Counted from the stretch's first letter, positions 1-13,550 are shown. The stretch is DNA of 64,000 nt from the human T2T-CHM13v2.0 reference genome, Homo sapiens (GCF_009914755.1 NC_060938.1), one strand, 5' to 3'. Program-made: numbers and translations. Notes: generated by a model not told the origin, from the sequence alone.

Positions 1-928
1 GTGTAAGACATAAACACCGGCAATAGTTGTGTTTTTTTTTTCTTTTTACTTCCTAGATTTTATTGCATTCTCAACTTGTTTCATATTACCTTAAAAAATA
101 AAGTGCACTTAAAGATTGTTTCACATCCACAGTTTGTTTAAGGATTTAAATTTAGTTCACTATTACTGCCTGGCTTTGATTGATTTAGAGGGTTAGTCAA
201 TTACAGACTAAATAATTAGTTCAATCAAAACCATCAGAAAAATTGACACAAACTCACTTCCATGCACCAGTAAACTGGAATCCTTTCTTTAAATGTTTTT
301 CTAAAGCAATCCGAGGAATTAAATTCAGGCCATTTCACAGTCAGTTTTTTTCAAATTCATTTTTCAACTCAAAGGCAAAACCATGATCAAAATATTGTAT
401 ATAGTACACCTTCAGTTCCCAACTGCTGAATTTACCAAGGAATTAAGTATTCACCACAAACCCTGGTGTGGCCATAGGTGGACACTCTAATTAAAAAGAA
501 GATGTTCAAAAAGAATAGTCCTTCTTTTCTTTCTTAAATTCACCTTTGATAGCACTGCCACACTTCTGGGAAGGGAACGTTCAAGGAAACCGTATAGCCA
601 CTTCTTTTTTAAAAGCAGCCACATACCTTCTATATAACAATGGCCCTTTAGTTTGAGAGTTGCCACATATTTGCATTTCCAGAGTAAAATAATAGGATGA
701 CATGGGCAGGTCAGGCCCACAATAGTATGGTTTCTTTGGCAAAGGCATTTTGGCCAATGCCGTAAGACCATTCTGGCCCTTGATTAATGGGTTCTCACCA
801 AAGCAGAAATTACGCAGAGCTTATTTGTCCTTGCATTTTGAAGTAAATCATTGCCTGCATAAAGCAACTCTTTTGTCTCTTTTCCATTGCAACACACAGG
901 AGTTGGAATGTGTTCATACGTGTAAGAC

Positions 929-1272
929 TGTCTTAGTCTGCCCAGACTGCTTGGACTGTGTTGTTTATAAACAACAGAATTTACTGCTCAAAGTTCTGGA
1001 GACTGGGAAGTTCAAGATCAAGATGCTAGCAGATTCAGTGTCTGAGGAGGGCTCACTTTCTGTTTCATTGATGCACCTTACTGCATCCTCATCTGGTGGA
1101 AGGGGCAGTGAACAAGCTCCCTTGGGCCCCTTTTACGAAAGCACTAATTCCATTCATGAAGACTTCACAACTTAATCACCTCCCAAAGGCTCCATCTCTT
1201 AATACGATCACATTGGGGATTAGGTTTCAACATACCAATTTTGGGGGTACACAAATATTGAGGTGATAGACA
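929..1272 (-). mobile_element. MaLR solo LTR, MLT1A-like
   Basis: TGTCTTAGTC...GATAGACA ends. Typical internal motifs (AGTTCTGGAGACTGGGAAGTTCAAGATCAAG; AATCACCTCCCAAAGGC; CACATTGGGGATTAGGTTTCAACAT) match the reverse complement of MLT1A consensus. Confidence 0.8.
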
Positions 1273-2723
1273 CTTCCAGGCTTTTGCCAAACATTAGTAA
1301 ACAATTTCCAGTGAATACTCTGCCCCATTCTCTCCTACTCAAGCAGAGTATCTTAAGGCAGCAGATTGGAGTGACGTTACTTTAAGGGTAACTTTGAAGC
1401 CAATCTAATTCATACTCAAAAAAGTATTCCAAAATTTTGGTACTCTATTATGGGTTACAAACCCCTTGTGACACCATATTTAAGAGCCACTGCTATTGAG
1501 GCTTGCACTCTCTTGCTTGAAATGAGGTGCTCCCAAACCTGGGAGATGGCTCCCAAAGAACAAGAGAATCAACCCCATCGTGCATTTATGTGCTGCCCCA
1601 GGTAATCCACAGGCACAAAGAACTTGAGCTTCCTGGTGTGTTCTTCAGAAAAAAAGGAATTCAAAAAGCAAATGTAAAATGGAACAGAACTTGGCCTCAA
1701 AGTGATGTTGGAAAAATAGCCAGTCCTGATGACTTGGTCGAGGTAACTTGCTTTGCCCACTGTTAACTACAGAGCCATATGATAATGGAACATCAAGGTT
1801 TTCCAGATAAACCCAAAGCCTTTTGTGTCTATACCTTGTAACCTGTCATGTTCATCAACGTTTTAGACTGTACCATTGCTCTTTCTCCCTTCTTTATTCA
1901 TTTTATATGGGGACGTTTGACTAGGATCACCAGATGTAGATTTGGTAATTTTTCCATACCATTAAGATGTATGATAATGGATTTTATTAATTTAACACAA
2001 ATGCATAAAAATATGATGTAATAAGAAACAATCCTGAAATTATTAAAACATTTCTTTGTCCTTACTTAAACCTAACCTGCCATTTTAAAAGACACCTAAC
2101 TCTATAAACAAATGGGCCATTACAGACGTAAAACAAATATTATTCAGTGAAATTTATTCAAGGACTTAAAATGATTGAAGGCATTAGGAACATAAAAATG
2201 CATAAGATCCTCTTTTAAATCCCAATATTCCCTAACCACTGGTTTATAAAAAATACTCTAAGGTTTATAGAATTAGTTTGGTTCCGTTAGTTGATCAAGT
2301 TACTTACACTAAGTCAGCAATTCAAAACAAATAATTCCCTCTGTGTGTGTTTGTTTGCTTGCAAATATGTTTCATTTTAAAGTGTCTTTTTATATAGAAA
2401 GCCAAGTTGGTGGAATTTATCTTGTCATTAAAATGATGTGAAAATCAAATCATTCTTCATATTTGTGCTCTTATCCCTGCCGATCTCAAATAACTAATGA
2501 TGCTTACGGCAAGGTTTTATAAAGTGAAAACGCCTTAACTTTTCAGGAAACAATTCTATTTTTACATATGTACCATTTGCCTCTTTCCTAAACACTTCTA
2601 TCAGTGTTCTAAGTTCCATATATTCTTTTGTAATTTACCAGTGACATCTTCCCATGCAAACTATATTTAAAAATATTTTTTAGTAAGTTAAATCACTAAT
2701 CATTTACAGGTTGAGGCATTTTC

Positions 2724-3027
<304 letters not shown>

Positions 3028-3349
3028 GAGGCATTTTCTATAGGAATGAAATAATGCTCTAGTGGGTAAAACTTTTTTTAAAAAGACAAAACAGATTCTG
3101 TTTGATTCAGAATGATTGGACAACAGACTATTCTTATCAACCTTAGGGTGTGATTATTTAACTCATTTGTGACTTACTGGCAACTCAAACAGTTTTAAAC
3201 AAAACTTAATCCTTGACGGTTCAGCTTCACCATATGATTACCAATTATTGTTTAGTGTTGTAGATGAGTAAATTATAGGAAATCAGGCTAAATAAGTAAA
3301 CATACTCTGGATATTATTTTTTAAATCAATCTAATAAATCATTATCCCT

Positions 3350-3455
3350 TGAGTGCTTGCTATATGCCAGGCACTGTGCTAAGCACTTTACATACTCAAT
3401 TTAATCTTCACAATACTCTGTGATTGGTGCTATCCATTCTATATAATAAGGAAAT
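3350..3455 (-). mobile_element. MIR fragment
   Basis: TGAGTGCTTGCTATATGCCAGGCACTGTGCTAAGCACTTTACAT...TTTAATCTTCACAA is a typical MIR 3' part. Confidence 0.65.
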
Positions 3456-3489
3456 TATCTCATTTGCAATCGAGATAAATAAGGATTTG

Positions 3490-4230
3490 CAGTAGTCCTC
3501 CCTTACCCAGTCTCTTTTTGCATGCAGTTTCAGTTACCTGCAGTCCCAAAATATTAAATGGGAAATTCCAGAAATAAACCATTTAGACATTTTAAATTGC
3601 ATACAGTTCTGAGTTGCTTAATGACATCTCCTGCAGTCCCTCCTTGTCCCGTCTGGAGGCGAATCCTCTCTCTGTCCGGTGTCTTCACTCTGTAGGTGCT
3701 GCCCATCATTAGTCACCCAGTAGCATCTTGGTTATCAGAGCGACTGTCTTGATATCACAGTGCTTGAGTTGAAGCAACCCTTGAACCTAAAGTGCAAGAG
3801 TAGTGATGCTGGCAATTCGGATATGCCAAAGAGAAGCTGTCAAGTGCTTCCTTTAAATGAAAAGATGAAAGTTCTCAATAAGGAAAGATAACAAATAGTA
3901 TGCCTAGGTTGCTGCAATCTATGGTAAGAGCAAATCTTCTATCCATGAAATTGTGAAGGCAGAAAAAGAAATCCCAGCTAGTTTTGCTGTTACAAACTGT
4001 AAAAGTTACAGCCACAGTGTATAATAACTTTTGTTGCAGTATAGTGTTGTAATTGTTCTATTTAATTGTTGTTGTTAATTTCTGTGCCTAATTTACAAAT
4101 TAAACCTTATCATAGGTATGTATGTGTAGGGAAAAACATGGTTGAGCTATAGGATTTCATACTATCCCAGATTTCAGGCATCCATTGGGGGTCTTGGAAC
4201 GTATCCTTCGAAGATAAGGGAGGATTACTA
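3490..4230 (+). mobile_element. MER44 (Tigger7-derived) non-autonomous DNA transposon
   Basis: Terminal inverted repeats CAGTAGTCCTCCCTTA ... ATAAGGGAGGATTACTA, about 740 bp. Internal GCAAGAGTAGTGATGCTGGCAATTCGGATATGCCAAAGAGAAGC is typical of MER44. Confidence 0.85.
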
Positions 4231-6699
4231 TAGTGAATGGTGCTCATTTAATATCCACATATACCTTGCTAAATTTCCTGCCTATATTAAATGCTTATTA
4301 AATATATAATTCATGCCAAAACTGAAGAAAGGACTTTCATTTTAAAAAGGATTTCTTATAAAAATTCTATAGGAGAAGTGATAGCTAAATTAGCGCTTGA
4401 AAAAGGCCAAAGAAAATTGTATACTGTATATAATTATGCCTCATTATGACCTCTGCACATTTTCCAGAAAAGTTAGGCATTAAAAACACACACAACAGGA
4501 ACACCTTAAAGGTCAGAGCCTGATGAAAGAAAAATGCAATACTTCATTATGAAGAATGAGATTAATGTTCTAGTACGAACATACATTTTTATCATTACAT
4601 TTTGCTCAAGAAATACTTTAAAACATGCAACTTCTCATTGTGTATTTTGTTTAATATCTGAGGTGGTGGAGAGAGAGAATTCTATGAAGTATAAATTTCA
4701 ATTTAGTGAAATAAAAATGTGGGTTTTGCTGTATTCCTACCACCTATTATGTGACTCTTCTTTACATGAGACTTCACCCCTCTCCTCCCAAAGACATTCT
4801 GGCTTTAAGAGTAAATACTAAAGTCTCGGTGCGCAAAAAGTTTAATTCAAACTTTCTCATTATTTTCAAGAGCTGCTTTCCTAAGATAGCACAGTTTGTG
4901 CATCATATTTGCTACTTTCACCACTGGCAGGACATCTGCTATAAACATTTAAAATAACAAATGACAACTGTTTTTTTACTTTTTAAAAATTATTTTAGGT
5001 TTATAAAATATTGTAAAACCAAAAATAGTACACTTTAACCACACTCACCTTTTCTTAATATTTCACCCCATTTGCTTTATCATTTATGAACTCTATCTAC
5101 CTGTCTGTCTATGTATCTGTCTCTCTATCAGTCTATGTATTTATCTGTTTTTTACTTTTCTGAACCATTTGAAGGTAAGTTGCACACATCATGGCCTTTT
5201 ATCCCTGAATGTTTCATTGTATATTTCCTAATGCGTATGTAGTTATATTCTCTTAAATAACCATAGTACAGTTATCAACTTTATAAATTTCCATTGATGC
5301 ATTATTTCTATCGAATCCTTTCACATTCCAATTTTGTGAGTTTTCCTAATAATATCTTTTATAGCATTTCCCCCCCTTCAGTACATGATTTGGGTATTAA
5401 ATTTAGGTGTCGTATCTCTTTAGCCTCCTTTAATCTGGAGCCATTTTTCCAGCTTTTCTTTGTCTTGTTATGACATTGACAATTTTGAAGAATAGACACC
5501 CCCGCCCCCACCCCCCCCCCCCCCCACACACTTTTTGACAAGATTTTTCTTCAGTTTTTGTTTGCCCTTTCCTTGGGATGAGATTGAATTTACGCATTCT
5601 CAGCAGAAATGTTGCATGGGTGGTGGTCTCTCCTCAGAGTATCATATCTGGAGAAATGCAATGTCCATCTGTCCCCCGTAGGTTATGTTAATTTTGATCA
5701 TTTTGTGGAGAGATGCTTTAAAACCATGCAAATATCCTGCCCTCTTCAAGTTTTCTCCTATATTTAGCATCAATGGGTAATTCTTGTCTAATCAGTCTTT
5801 ACCAAGATGGTTGTGAAATTGTTTTTCCAACTCTAGTACTCTGTCCACATTTATCACTTGGCCCTTTGTATTACCCAGTAAAATCCCTTCCTTCACTCCT
5901 ACTTATTTACCTCTTTATCATAGACAGAAACTTATGAATTCCTTTTCCCCAATTATTTATAATTTATTACTTAAATTATTTTGGGCTCAAATTGTCCCAG
6001 GTTTGGCCAGTGGGAGCCTCTTCAATCTGGGTCTTGTATCCTTGTGACCTCTTTTAAACAATTTCTTAATTTCTTACAAAGTGCTCTGGTCTTGCACCTA
6101 AGTGTCCCAACTCTTGAATCAGCCATGTCTCTGAGGATCCCTGGTTCTTTTTAATAGGGATTGGCATTAGAGGCCAAGATTTTAGTGTTAGGTGTGTTTA
6201 TTGCTACTAGGGTATCTTTGCTTCTTGATGCTTTCAGCCAACAAGGTTAGGAAATACGTGAACTTCTATACACATTAATGTAAACATATATACAATTTTA
6301 TATGCACAAAGGCATATTCATACACACATATAAATGTGTATACACACATATTTTAGAAATCAAGAGCTCACATCAATGTCTCCAATTTTAGTCCATTCTC
6401 ACAGGATTCTTTCTTTACTTCCCTGATTCCATATTTGTATTTCCCTTCTTTCACTATAAGAACCATGGATAACAACATCAACATATATACCCATTTGCTA
6501 AATAGCATAATACATTTAAAATAGTGTCAGAATTGCTTAAAAACCATTATAATCAACCTACTTAAAAGAGTTCAGGATTCATTTACAATTATCCCATCTC
6601 CTACCCTCCCCTTCCCAAATACCAAGTGCTATTCAATACTAAGGGTGTGTGGTTAAATACTGTGTTCCAAAGTTCATAAGCTACATGGATTGGTTTCTT

Positions 6700-6890
6700 T
6701 CTCCCCTTCCCTTCCCTCCCCTCCCCTCCCCTCCCTCCCCTCCCCCTCCCCTCCCCCTCCCCTCCCCCTCCCCTCCCCCTCCCCTCCCTCCTGTCCTCTT
6801 CCTCTCCTCTCCTCCCCTCCCCCCTCCTCCCCTCCCCTCCCCTCCCTTCCCTTCCCTTCCTTCTCTCTTCCTTTCTTCCCTCATTTCTTT
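6700..6890 (+). repeat. (CCCCT/CCCT/CCCTT)n polypyrimidine tract
   Basis: Directly visible, almost only C and T for about 190 bp. Confidence 0.95.
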
Positions 6891-7187
6891 ATTCCCTTCA
6901 ATATAATTATGGCATTCATTTAAAATAATTAAAGTTAAGTCCATTTGTTCCAGTTTCCTTTCAGTTTAGGTTATTTTTTTCTTCCCTCCCATTCTTATTG
7001 TTCTAATTTTATTTTTTGAACCTGTAGAATGCTGATATGGATTGAATATTTGTCCCCTCCAAATCTTACATTGAAATGTGACCTCCAAAATTGGAGGTGG
7101 GCCGGGGTGTATCCCTCATGAACGGCTTGGTGCTCTCCCAGCAGTAATCCCACTCTGATAGTTCACATGATATCTAGTTGTTAAAAA

Positions 7188-7465
7188 GAGCAGTGGTTCA
7201 TGCTTGTAATCCTGGCACTTTTGGAGGCCAAAGTGGGAGGATTGCTGGAGCCCAGGAGTTCAAGACCAGCACGGGTAATGCAGTGAGACCTTGTCTCTAC
7301 AAAAAATTAAAAAATAAAAAATTAGACACTGGGTGTGGTGGCACATGCCTGTGGTCCTAGCTATTTGGGAGGCTGAAGGGGGAGGATTGCTTCAGCCTAG
7401 GTGGTCAAGGCTGCAGTGATCACTCTACTGTACTCCAGCCTGGGCAACAGATTGAGATCCTGTTG
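7188..7465 (+). mobile_element. AluJ
   Basis: Dimeric Alu with J diagnostics (GGATTGCT, GCCCAGGAGTTCAAG, GGTCAAGGCTGCAGTGA). Confidence 0.85.
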
Positions 7466-7737
7466 AAAGAAAGAAAAAAAAGAAAAATAAAAGAAAGAAA
7501 GAAAGAAAGAAGAAAGAGAAAGAGAGACAAAAGGAAGGAAGGAAGGAAGGGGAAGGGAAATGAAGGGAAGGGAAGGAAGGAAGGAGAAAAAGAGAAAGAA
7601 AGAGAGAGGGAGGGAGGGAAGATGGAAGGAAGGAAAAAAGGAAGGAAGGAGAAAAAGAGAAAGAAAGAGAGAGAGGGAGGGAGGGAAGAAGGAAGGAAGG
7701 AAAAAAGGAAGGAAGGAAAAAAGGAAGGAAGGAAGAC
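7466..7737 (+). repeat. GA-rich polypurine tract (expanded Alu tail)
   Basis: About 270 bp of GAAA/GGAA/GAGA directly after the Alu 3' end. Confidence 0.95.
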
Positions 7738-8999
7738 AGCCTGGCATCTCCCTTGCCTCCTCTTTCACCATGGGACACACCTGCTTCTGCTTTGCCTACT
7801 GCCATGAGTGAAAGCTTCCTGAAGCCTCCACTGGAAGTGGATGCTGGAGTCATGCTTCTTGTGCAGCCAGCAGAACGGTGAGTCAAATAAACCTCTTTTC
7901 TTTATAAATTACCCAGCCTCAGGGTAATTCCTTCATAGCAACACAAATGGACTAACACATGTGCTTTCCAACTTAAAACTATACAAAAAGCTGCACTCAA
8001 ACAACCATCACTGCCTTCCCTATCTCTTCCATCCCATTTCCTCCCAGCCCTTGTAAATACACAAATTCATTGTCTTCTGGCTGATTCTTCTTCGGTTTCT
8101 TTCTGTAATAATAAGGAGATATATGTATATTTTTGTATTTTCCTTCTTTCTAGCCTCAAAAGTATCATACTAAATGTATTTTTTGTCTTTGAGTTTAAAA
8201 TTTAATATCCTTTAGAAATCACTCCACATTAGTTCATAGATATCTTTCTCAGTCTTTTATAATTATGTGACACACACTGATATCACAACCTTTTTGAGGT
8301 CCTTAAAAAATATGAAAGGAGATTGGATTTCATTCCATGCCTGTATTATGTGAAAGGATTAATGACATGAGAAAAACTTTTCAAGAAAGGTGTTGGCATA
8401 AATGACCATATCTGCTGTGTTCATTGTCTAAGAGCAACTGTGCTTTAAGTCCATCTTTTCATGCTTCTCTTTGACTTTCCTCTGGCAGTTACCCCTATTC
8501 TCCTGTCCCTTAACTAAATTTGATGCCCCTCTCACTCTGCCAACAACTGGCTACTTTCCCTAGGCCAGTGCAGTGTGCACGCACTGTTGAGAGAAAGTTT
8601 TGGATGGCAGCAGATATTTAAGCATGGGCTTGCACACTGCATAAAGACTCCTAGCTGGAGAGGCCAGTCAGGATGAAATCCATCCAATATTCATCTGGCC
8701 AAGTCATGCTGGCTCACATGTTGAAAAATGTCTTCCAAGAGGAAGGGATGCATTTTCTTAGTTTTCAAAAAGACACTGTAAAGTCTAGTAGCAGCCCTGT
8801 CCTCAACCCTCCTTCCCTGTAGAGTTACCATCACATCTGTCCACCCTACACAATCAGACTTCTCAGAGTTTCATCTTAGCCATATCCCTCCCATTCATTC
8901 TTCCTCTGCAGTCCTATTTCTGCTCCCTTCCCTTTACTGTAACTGCTCAACCACAATGCCTCAGGAAATCTTAATCCTACCCAACACAAAGAAGCTTTT

Positions 9000-9600
9000 A
9001 GTGCTTGAAACCTTTCTTGAGAGTCCTTTTTCTTGTTTTCTGAATCCTAAAATTCTCTTTTCCCTCCTTCATTTTGACATGTGTCTCCTTCCTTATCTAC
9101 TAAATGTCTTCCTCCCGGTTTCCTTCTTAGCTTTCCTCTCTTTTCACTCTGTAGTTCCTATCTGAGTTATTTCTGTATTCCTATACTATCTGCTCACCTC
9201 GAGGTGTAAAGTTCCAGCATTTCATCTCTAAACTTGACTTTTCTCAGGTCTAGGTCCATCTTTCCACTTGGTGGTTTCCTTAGGACTTCATACTTTAAAA
9301 TCAAACATGATTTTCTACTCTTACATATAACATTTCCCATCTCAGGTAATGGCATTCACATTTTCCTAATTGTTCAAGATTCAAACTCTGGGATATCTCT
9401 GATGTTTTTCTCTCCTTCTCCTTCTCCTTCTTTTCTCTCTCTCTCTCTCCCCTCCTTTCTCTCACTCTAAATCCCCTAATGTGTCTAGAAAGGTCCTGGT
9501 TGAAGCTCTTCCCCACATTTTGAAACCCTTTTAAATACTTTTCATTTCCATTCCCACTCTGATGACAAGACTCCTATGATTTTTACATGGTGGCTATGAC
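9000..9600. mobile_element. Degenerate L2 fragments
   Basis: Weak similarity (CTTGAAACC..TTCTT, CCCATCTCAGGTAATGGCA, ATCTTTCCACTTGG). Confidence 0.4.
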
Positions 9601-9611
9601 TTCCTGATTCT

Positions 9612-9862
9612 GGCTGGGTGTGGTGGCTCATGACTGTAATCCTAGCACTTTGGGAGGCCAAGGTGAAAGGGTTGCTTGAGCCCAGGAGTTTGAGACCAGC
9701 TTAAGTGACACAGTGAGACCCTGTCTCTGAGAAAGAAAGAGAGAGAGAGAGAGAGAGAAGGAAAGAAAGAAGGAAAGAAAGAAAGAAAGAAAGAGAAAGA
9801 AATGAAAGAAAGAAAGAAAAAGAAATGAAAGAAAGAAAGAGAGAGAAAGAAAGACAGAAAGA
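9612..9862 (+). mobile_element. Alu monomer (FLAM_C-like) with GA-rich tail
   Basis: GGCTGGGTGTGGTGGCTCA...GTGAGACCCTGTCTC single monomer (9612-9728), then (GA)n/(GAAA)n. Confidence 0.8.
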
Positions 9863-10042
9863 CATATATATTTCCTAATTCCTTTTTCATTTGTGGGTCA
9901 CTGACAGTGAATATCTAAATTTGTCCCCTGCTAGACCTGCGAACAATGCTGGTGAAACATAAGGTATATCCTCATCTTAAAGGCAATTTTCCAACTTGGG
10001 GAGACACAATTAACTCGTGGATCAATTGGAGAATGATTCTAG

Positions 10043-10230
10043 GCCAGTGGTTCTCAGTCTTTAGTGTGTAGAAGACTCATCTGCGTTGCTTGCAAAAAGG
10101 CAGATTCCCAGTCTACCTTGATTCTAATTCAATAGACGTAGCATAGAGCCTAGGAATCTGCAGAATTACTAGAATAACTACCAAGTTATTCTTTTCTAGA
10201 TATTACACTGACCACACTTTTAGACAGTCC
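10043..10230. mobile_element. MER5-like hAT-Charlie DNA transposon remnant
   Basis: CAGTGGTTCTCA start, GCAGATTCCCAG, CCTAGGAATCTGCA and ACCACACTTT motifs. Confidence 0.6.
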
Positions 10231-10296
10231 TCCAGGGGGTGCCTGCTCTAGTATCCAGTCTATGTTGAAGAAATATTTTTCATATGCATCTAGACA

Positions 10297-10700
10297 CTGC
10301 CTACTTCCAAAGGTGATGTGTGATGTGGGGCAGCTTACAATAAAAATCATGGTTAAGTGGGAAACCATTAATATAATGAAAGACACAAGCCAAGAAATAA
10401 AGGTAGTGAAGGAATAATGATATGAAAATCCAGACAGAGAACAAATACTGAAACTGAGCATAAAAATTTACTCTGAGCTTCTTACCCATTAAAGTAAAGA
10501 GAAAAAATGACCAATGGGAGTACTCTTTGTCTAATAAAAGGAGCAACTTTCTCTTGCACCTGAACTTTGGGAGGAATGCTCCCTATATGTCTTGCTTTAA
10601 GGGTCATTGAATGACATGATGAATACTATAATTTAAATCCTTTTTATAAGAAGTCCACATAGAGCTACTTCATAGAATAAGCTTACATGAGAACTTAAGG
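10297..10700. mobile_element. Possible L4 (RTE-X) remnant
   Basis: TGCCTACTTCCAAA and CTCTGAGCTTCTT..AAAGTAAAGAG resemble L4 motifs as I recall them. Very degenerate. Confidence 0.3.
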
Positions 10701-13384
10701 CATAATATGGTTGCATTTTGGAGAATCTTGAAGATGAGTGATTGGTGGCCCCCTTAGCTTCAGCTATGCTTTTGACAGGAGATTAATAATAGACAATTTG
10801 AAATTGAGATTACTATCCATTTCTACTCATAGATAGCCCACATTGCTGACTGAAAAAAGATCCCAAGTGAAGATGACAAGGGTGTTGTTTCCTTGTGAAA
10901 ATAAACAGACTTATCTGATATTTTTATTTTAATGGAAGGTCACTTCACCTGTGGCTCAACAGTGAGCCAAATGAGCACTTTCAAAGGGATCAAGTGCAAT
11001 GCTCACAAAACACTTTGGGGTCTGCGCAAATTGTTGATGCAAATGCCGTAACTCTGTACCATAAGGCACAAAAGAGTTGGCCTGTCTTGAAAGCTTTTGA
11101 GGATAAGCAGTACCAAAGGTCTGTCCTGACTAGAGAAGATCCTTAACATGACTCCTGTAAAATGCAACTGCATCGCAAGGGTTAACCAGGTAAATCACCA
11201 GTTGGGGTCCTTAGGAACTAACTATGGCTGTCAGTTGAGCCGAATAATTTGATATTATCCATCTGGACATCAAAGTGTGTCTGCCAAAATTAATTATTTC
11301 AGTTTTAGAAAAAATAATATTTAGCAGCTTTTCCTGATATACTTTGGCCAGTGGGTTGAACTGCTTGTCAGAGCCACTTCTGTGATCATATAGGAAGGCA
11401 TGTCATCAACACATGAGAGGTACTTGTCACACTGTGGCTAGGTCATCTAAAGACAACCAACTTATTCAGTTATAAAATTAAAAGGAGGGCACTTGGGATT
11501 CAGCCCTGTTTTATGCCATTTAAGATAGACATTTCATCTCTCAAAAAGAAGGCCTTTCCTATCCACGTTAATTTGTTCCATATTGCCAGCAGTAATGGCT
11601 CCGTGAGAGAATTATAAGTCTGGAATCTATGTTGAGATCATACACTTAGGCCTCTTTATAGATTCAATGACCAATGATGGATCAATAATTCCATGAAAAG
11701 TCTTAAAGTGCTCCTAACTGATTGAGAGACTGCATTTTATCCACAGACATGTATGCTGCATGCTGATTTCTTACCTCTCTCCCAACTGTCCACAACCTGT
11801 TTCCTAATCTGTCCTCAGGCCTCTTCTTTATATGCTCTTATATTATAGTTAGGTTTGCATACATCTTATGGCTTGAATTAGCTTTCTATTTTATTAGATT
11901 CTTCAACGCTTTCACAGTCATTCTATAAATATATGCCTTCTCTAAATGTTTGCTTGATGAAAGAATGAATGACTGGTAGATGGATGAATACATGGAAAAG
12001 TATTTCCTTCTTTTAGTCATGATTAAATATAAAGTTTCTAACCAAACAATTTGGAAGCACAGAAGAAAGAGACAAAAGTTCAAAGAACATGATGAATGTG
12101 ATCTGTGTCCTTCAGCTCAAGAAGTTGTTTTGGCTTTCTGTCAAGGAAATTTGGAATCATATCACTTGAGACTTTCAAGGTATGGATTGTTGAAAATGGT
12201 TTGGCTCTGTCAGCACTTGCCATGGAGATACAGGCCTTGTCACTTTGGCCAAGCCATTGCAATATCCCAGTTGGATTCCTCTAATGTCGTTTTCCTGAGA
12301 AAAATACAAAGAACACCTAGACGGTCTGAATAATGGAAGCTATAAATTCATTAATTTTCTCATTTCTGTTCTGGCTCCCCTATGTATACAAAGGGATTGT
12401 ATTTGGCCTCCAAAAAGCTTTCAGTTGATTGATAATATATTTGAATTTAGATACCAGTTATTTTTCAGTACATTATGCATCCAAGTCTACGATTCCTTAT
12501 GTTTTTTGCCTCATGGCATACATAAGAGATGGTGTCATACTCTGGGGTAAATGGAGGAGGCTGCTTGTGGTGACTGGCCCTGTGGTCCCTCCTGGGGGCC
12601 CAACATGGGCCTAAGAAGGTCCAACCTCAGCACAACAGTAACACTGCATTCTGGTGTTCCACTTAACTAAGTTTGGGAGGCTTCGGTCTGTGATATATAA
12701 AATCAAAGTTTTGGAGTAGAAAGTGGTTATCAGTTCCAGTTTTTCATGTCCAGAAATTAGATTTAATTACTAAACATTCAGAACAGTGATTGTTAATGTT
12801 TAAAGATTTCTAGAGGCCATTATTATACTATCTCTGTTGAGAGACTGTCCTGCTGTGGGAACGTCGTTTGTGTCTAAAAGTCCTTATGTTGCCCAATTTG
12901 ATCTCCAATATCTCCAGTCAGCACTTTTATCTTCTCATAAATGAAAGTCAACATTCTCAGAAAAACTATCTTTGAAGCTTTGAGCCGGTCACTTGTCAGT
13001 CTTTTTTCACGTAAATGAGGCCGATTCTTTCTATCGTTTATTTCAGGGCTGGTTTCTTATTTACTAAAGATTTCATTTTATTTTATCTACTCTTCTTTTA
13101 TTTTTTGGTTTTATAAATTCGCTGTGATTTATTCACATATTTTTAAAAATACAGAAATCAAAGTTTGACAAATTATGTTATAAAACTCTATCACTGTGTA
13201 CATATATACGGGCTTCTTCAATTCTTACTGTAGTCCACAGTAAGTCTTGTGTATTTTCCCATTATAAGCTGAGTCAATTGATACTAGTTACAATTATTCT
13301 TAACAGACAGATGAGAAAACCATGTGAAAAAGGGCCTGAAATAATAAAACTATCGATACTAATATTGATCACAGCTGTTATTAA

Positions 13385-13550
13385 ATTAATAGTGCTTAAC
13401 AAATATTATTTCATGTGATTCTCATAGCAACCTAACAGGTAGATACATTACATTTCCATTTTATAGCTGAGGAAACTGGAGCTCAGGAACTTTTAGGAAC
13501 TTGTCTAAAGTCAATCTTGGATTTAAGCAGATTAATTCTCTGACCACTGC
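13385..13550 (-). mobile_element. MIR
   Basis: Core motif CCATTTTATAGCTGAGGAAACTGGAGCTCAG. Confidence 0.7.

Larger units (their letters stand above)
7033..7959 (+). mobile_element. MaLR solo LTR, MSTB-like, split by an AluJ and its GA-rich tail
   Basis: Starts TGATATGG, ends GGACTAACACA, with AATAAACCTCTTTTCTTTATAAATTACCCAG near the 3' end. The two halves (7033-7190, 7738-7959) are collinear. Confidence 0.85.
4985..8260 (-). mobile_element. Ancient L1 3' region (L1MC-like), fragmented and interrupted by low-complexity tracts and an MST LTR
   Basis: TTTTCTGAACCATTTGAAGGTAAGTTGCACACATCATGG, ATAACCATAGTACAGTTATCAA and CCAGGTTTGGCCAGTGGGAGCCTCTTCAA resemble L1MC 3' UTR. Boundaries approximate. 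Confidence 0.6.

Noticed and set aside
750-1175. 141-aa ORF
   Set aside because: Non-ATG start, second half is antisense MLT1A LTR, and no protein homology recognised.
6649-7886. Pro-rich, Gly/Arg-rich, Lys/Glu-rich and Phe/Ser-rich ORFs
   Set aside because: They are translations of C/T and G/A low-complexity tracts. The same applies to 9642-9890 and 44801-45309.
11980-12333. 117-aa ATG ORF in unique sequence
   Set aside because: No recognisable family or codon bias. The length is compatible with chance in 64 kb.
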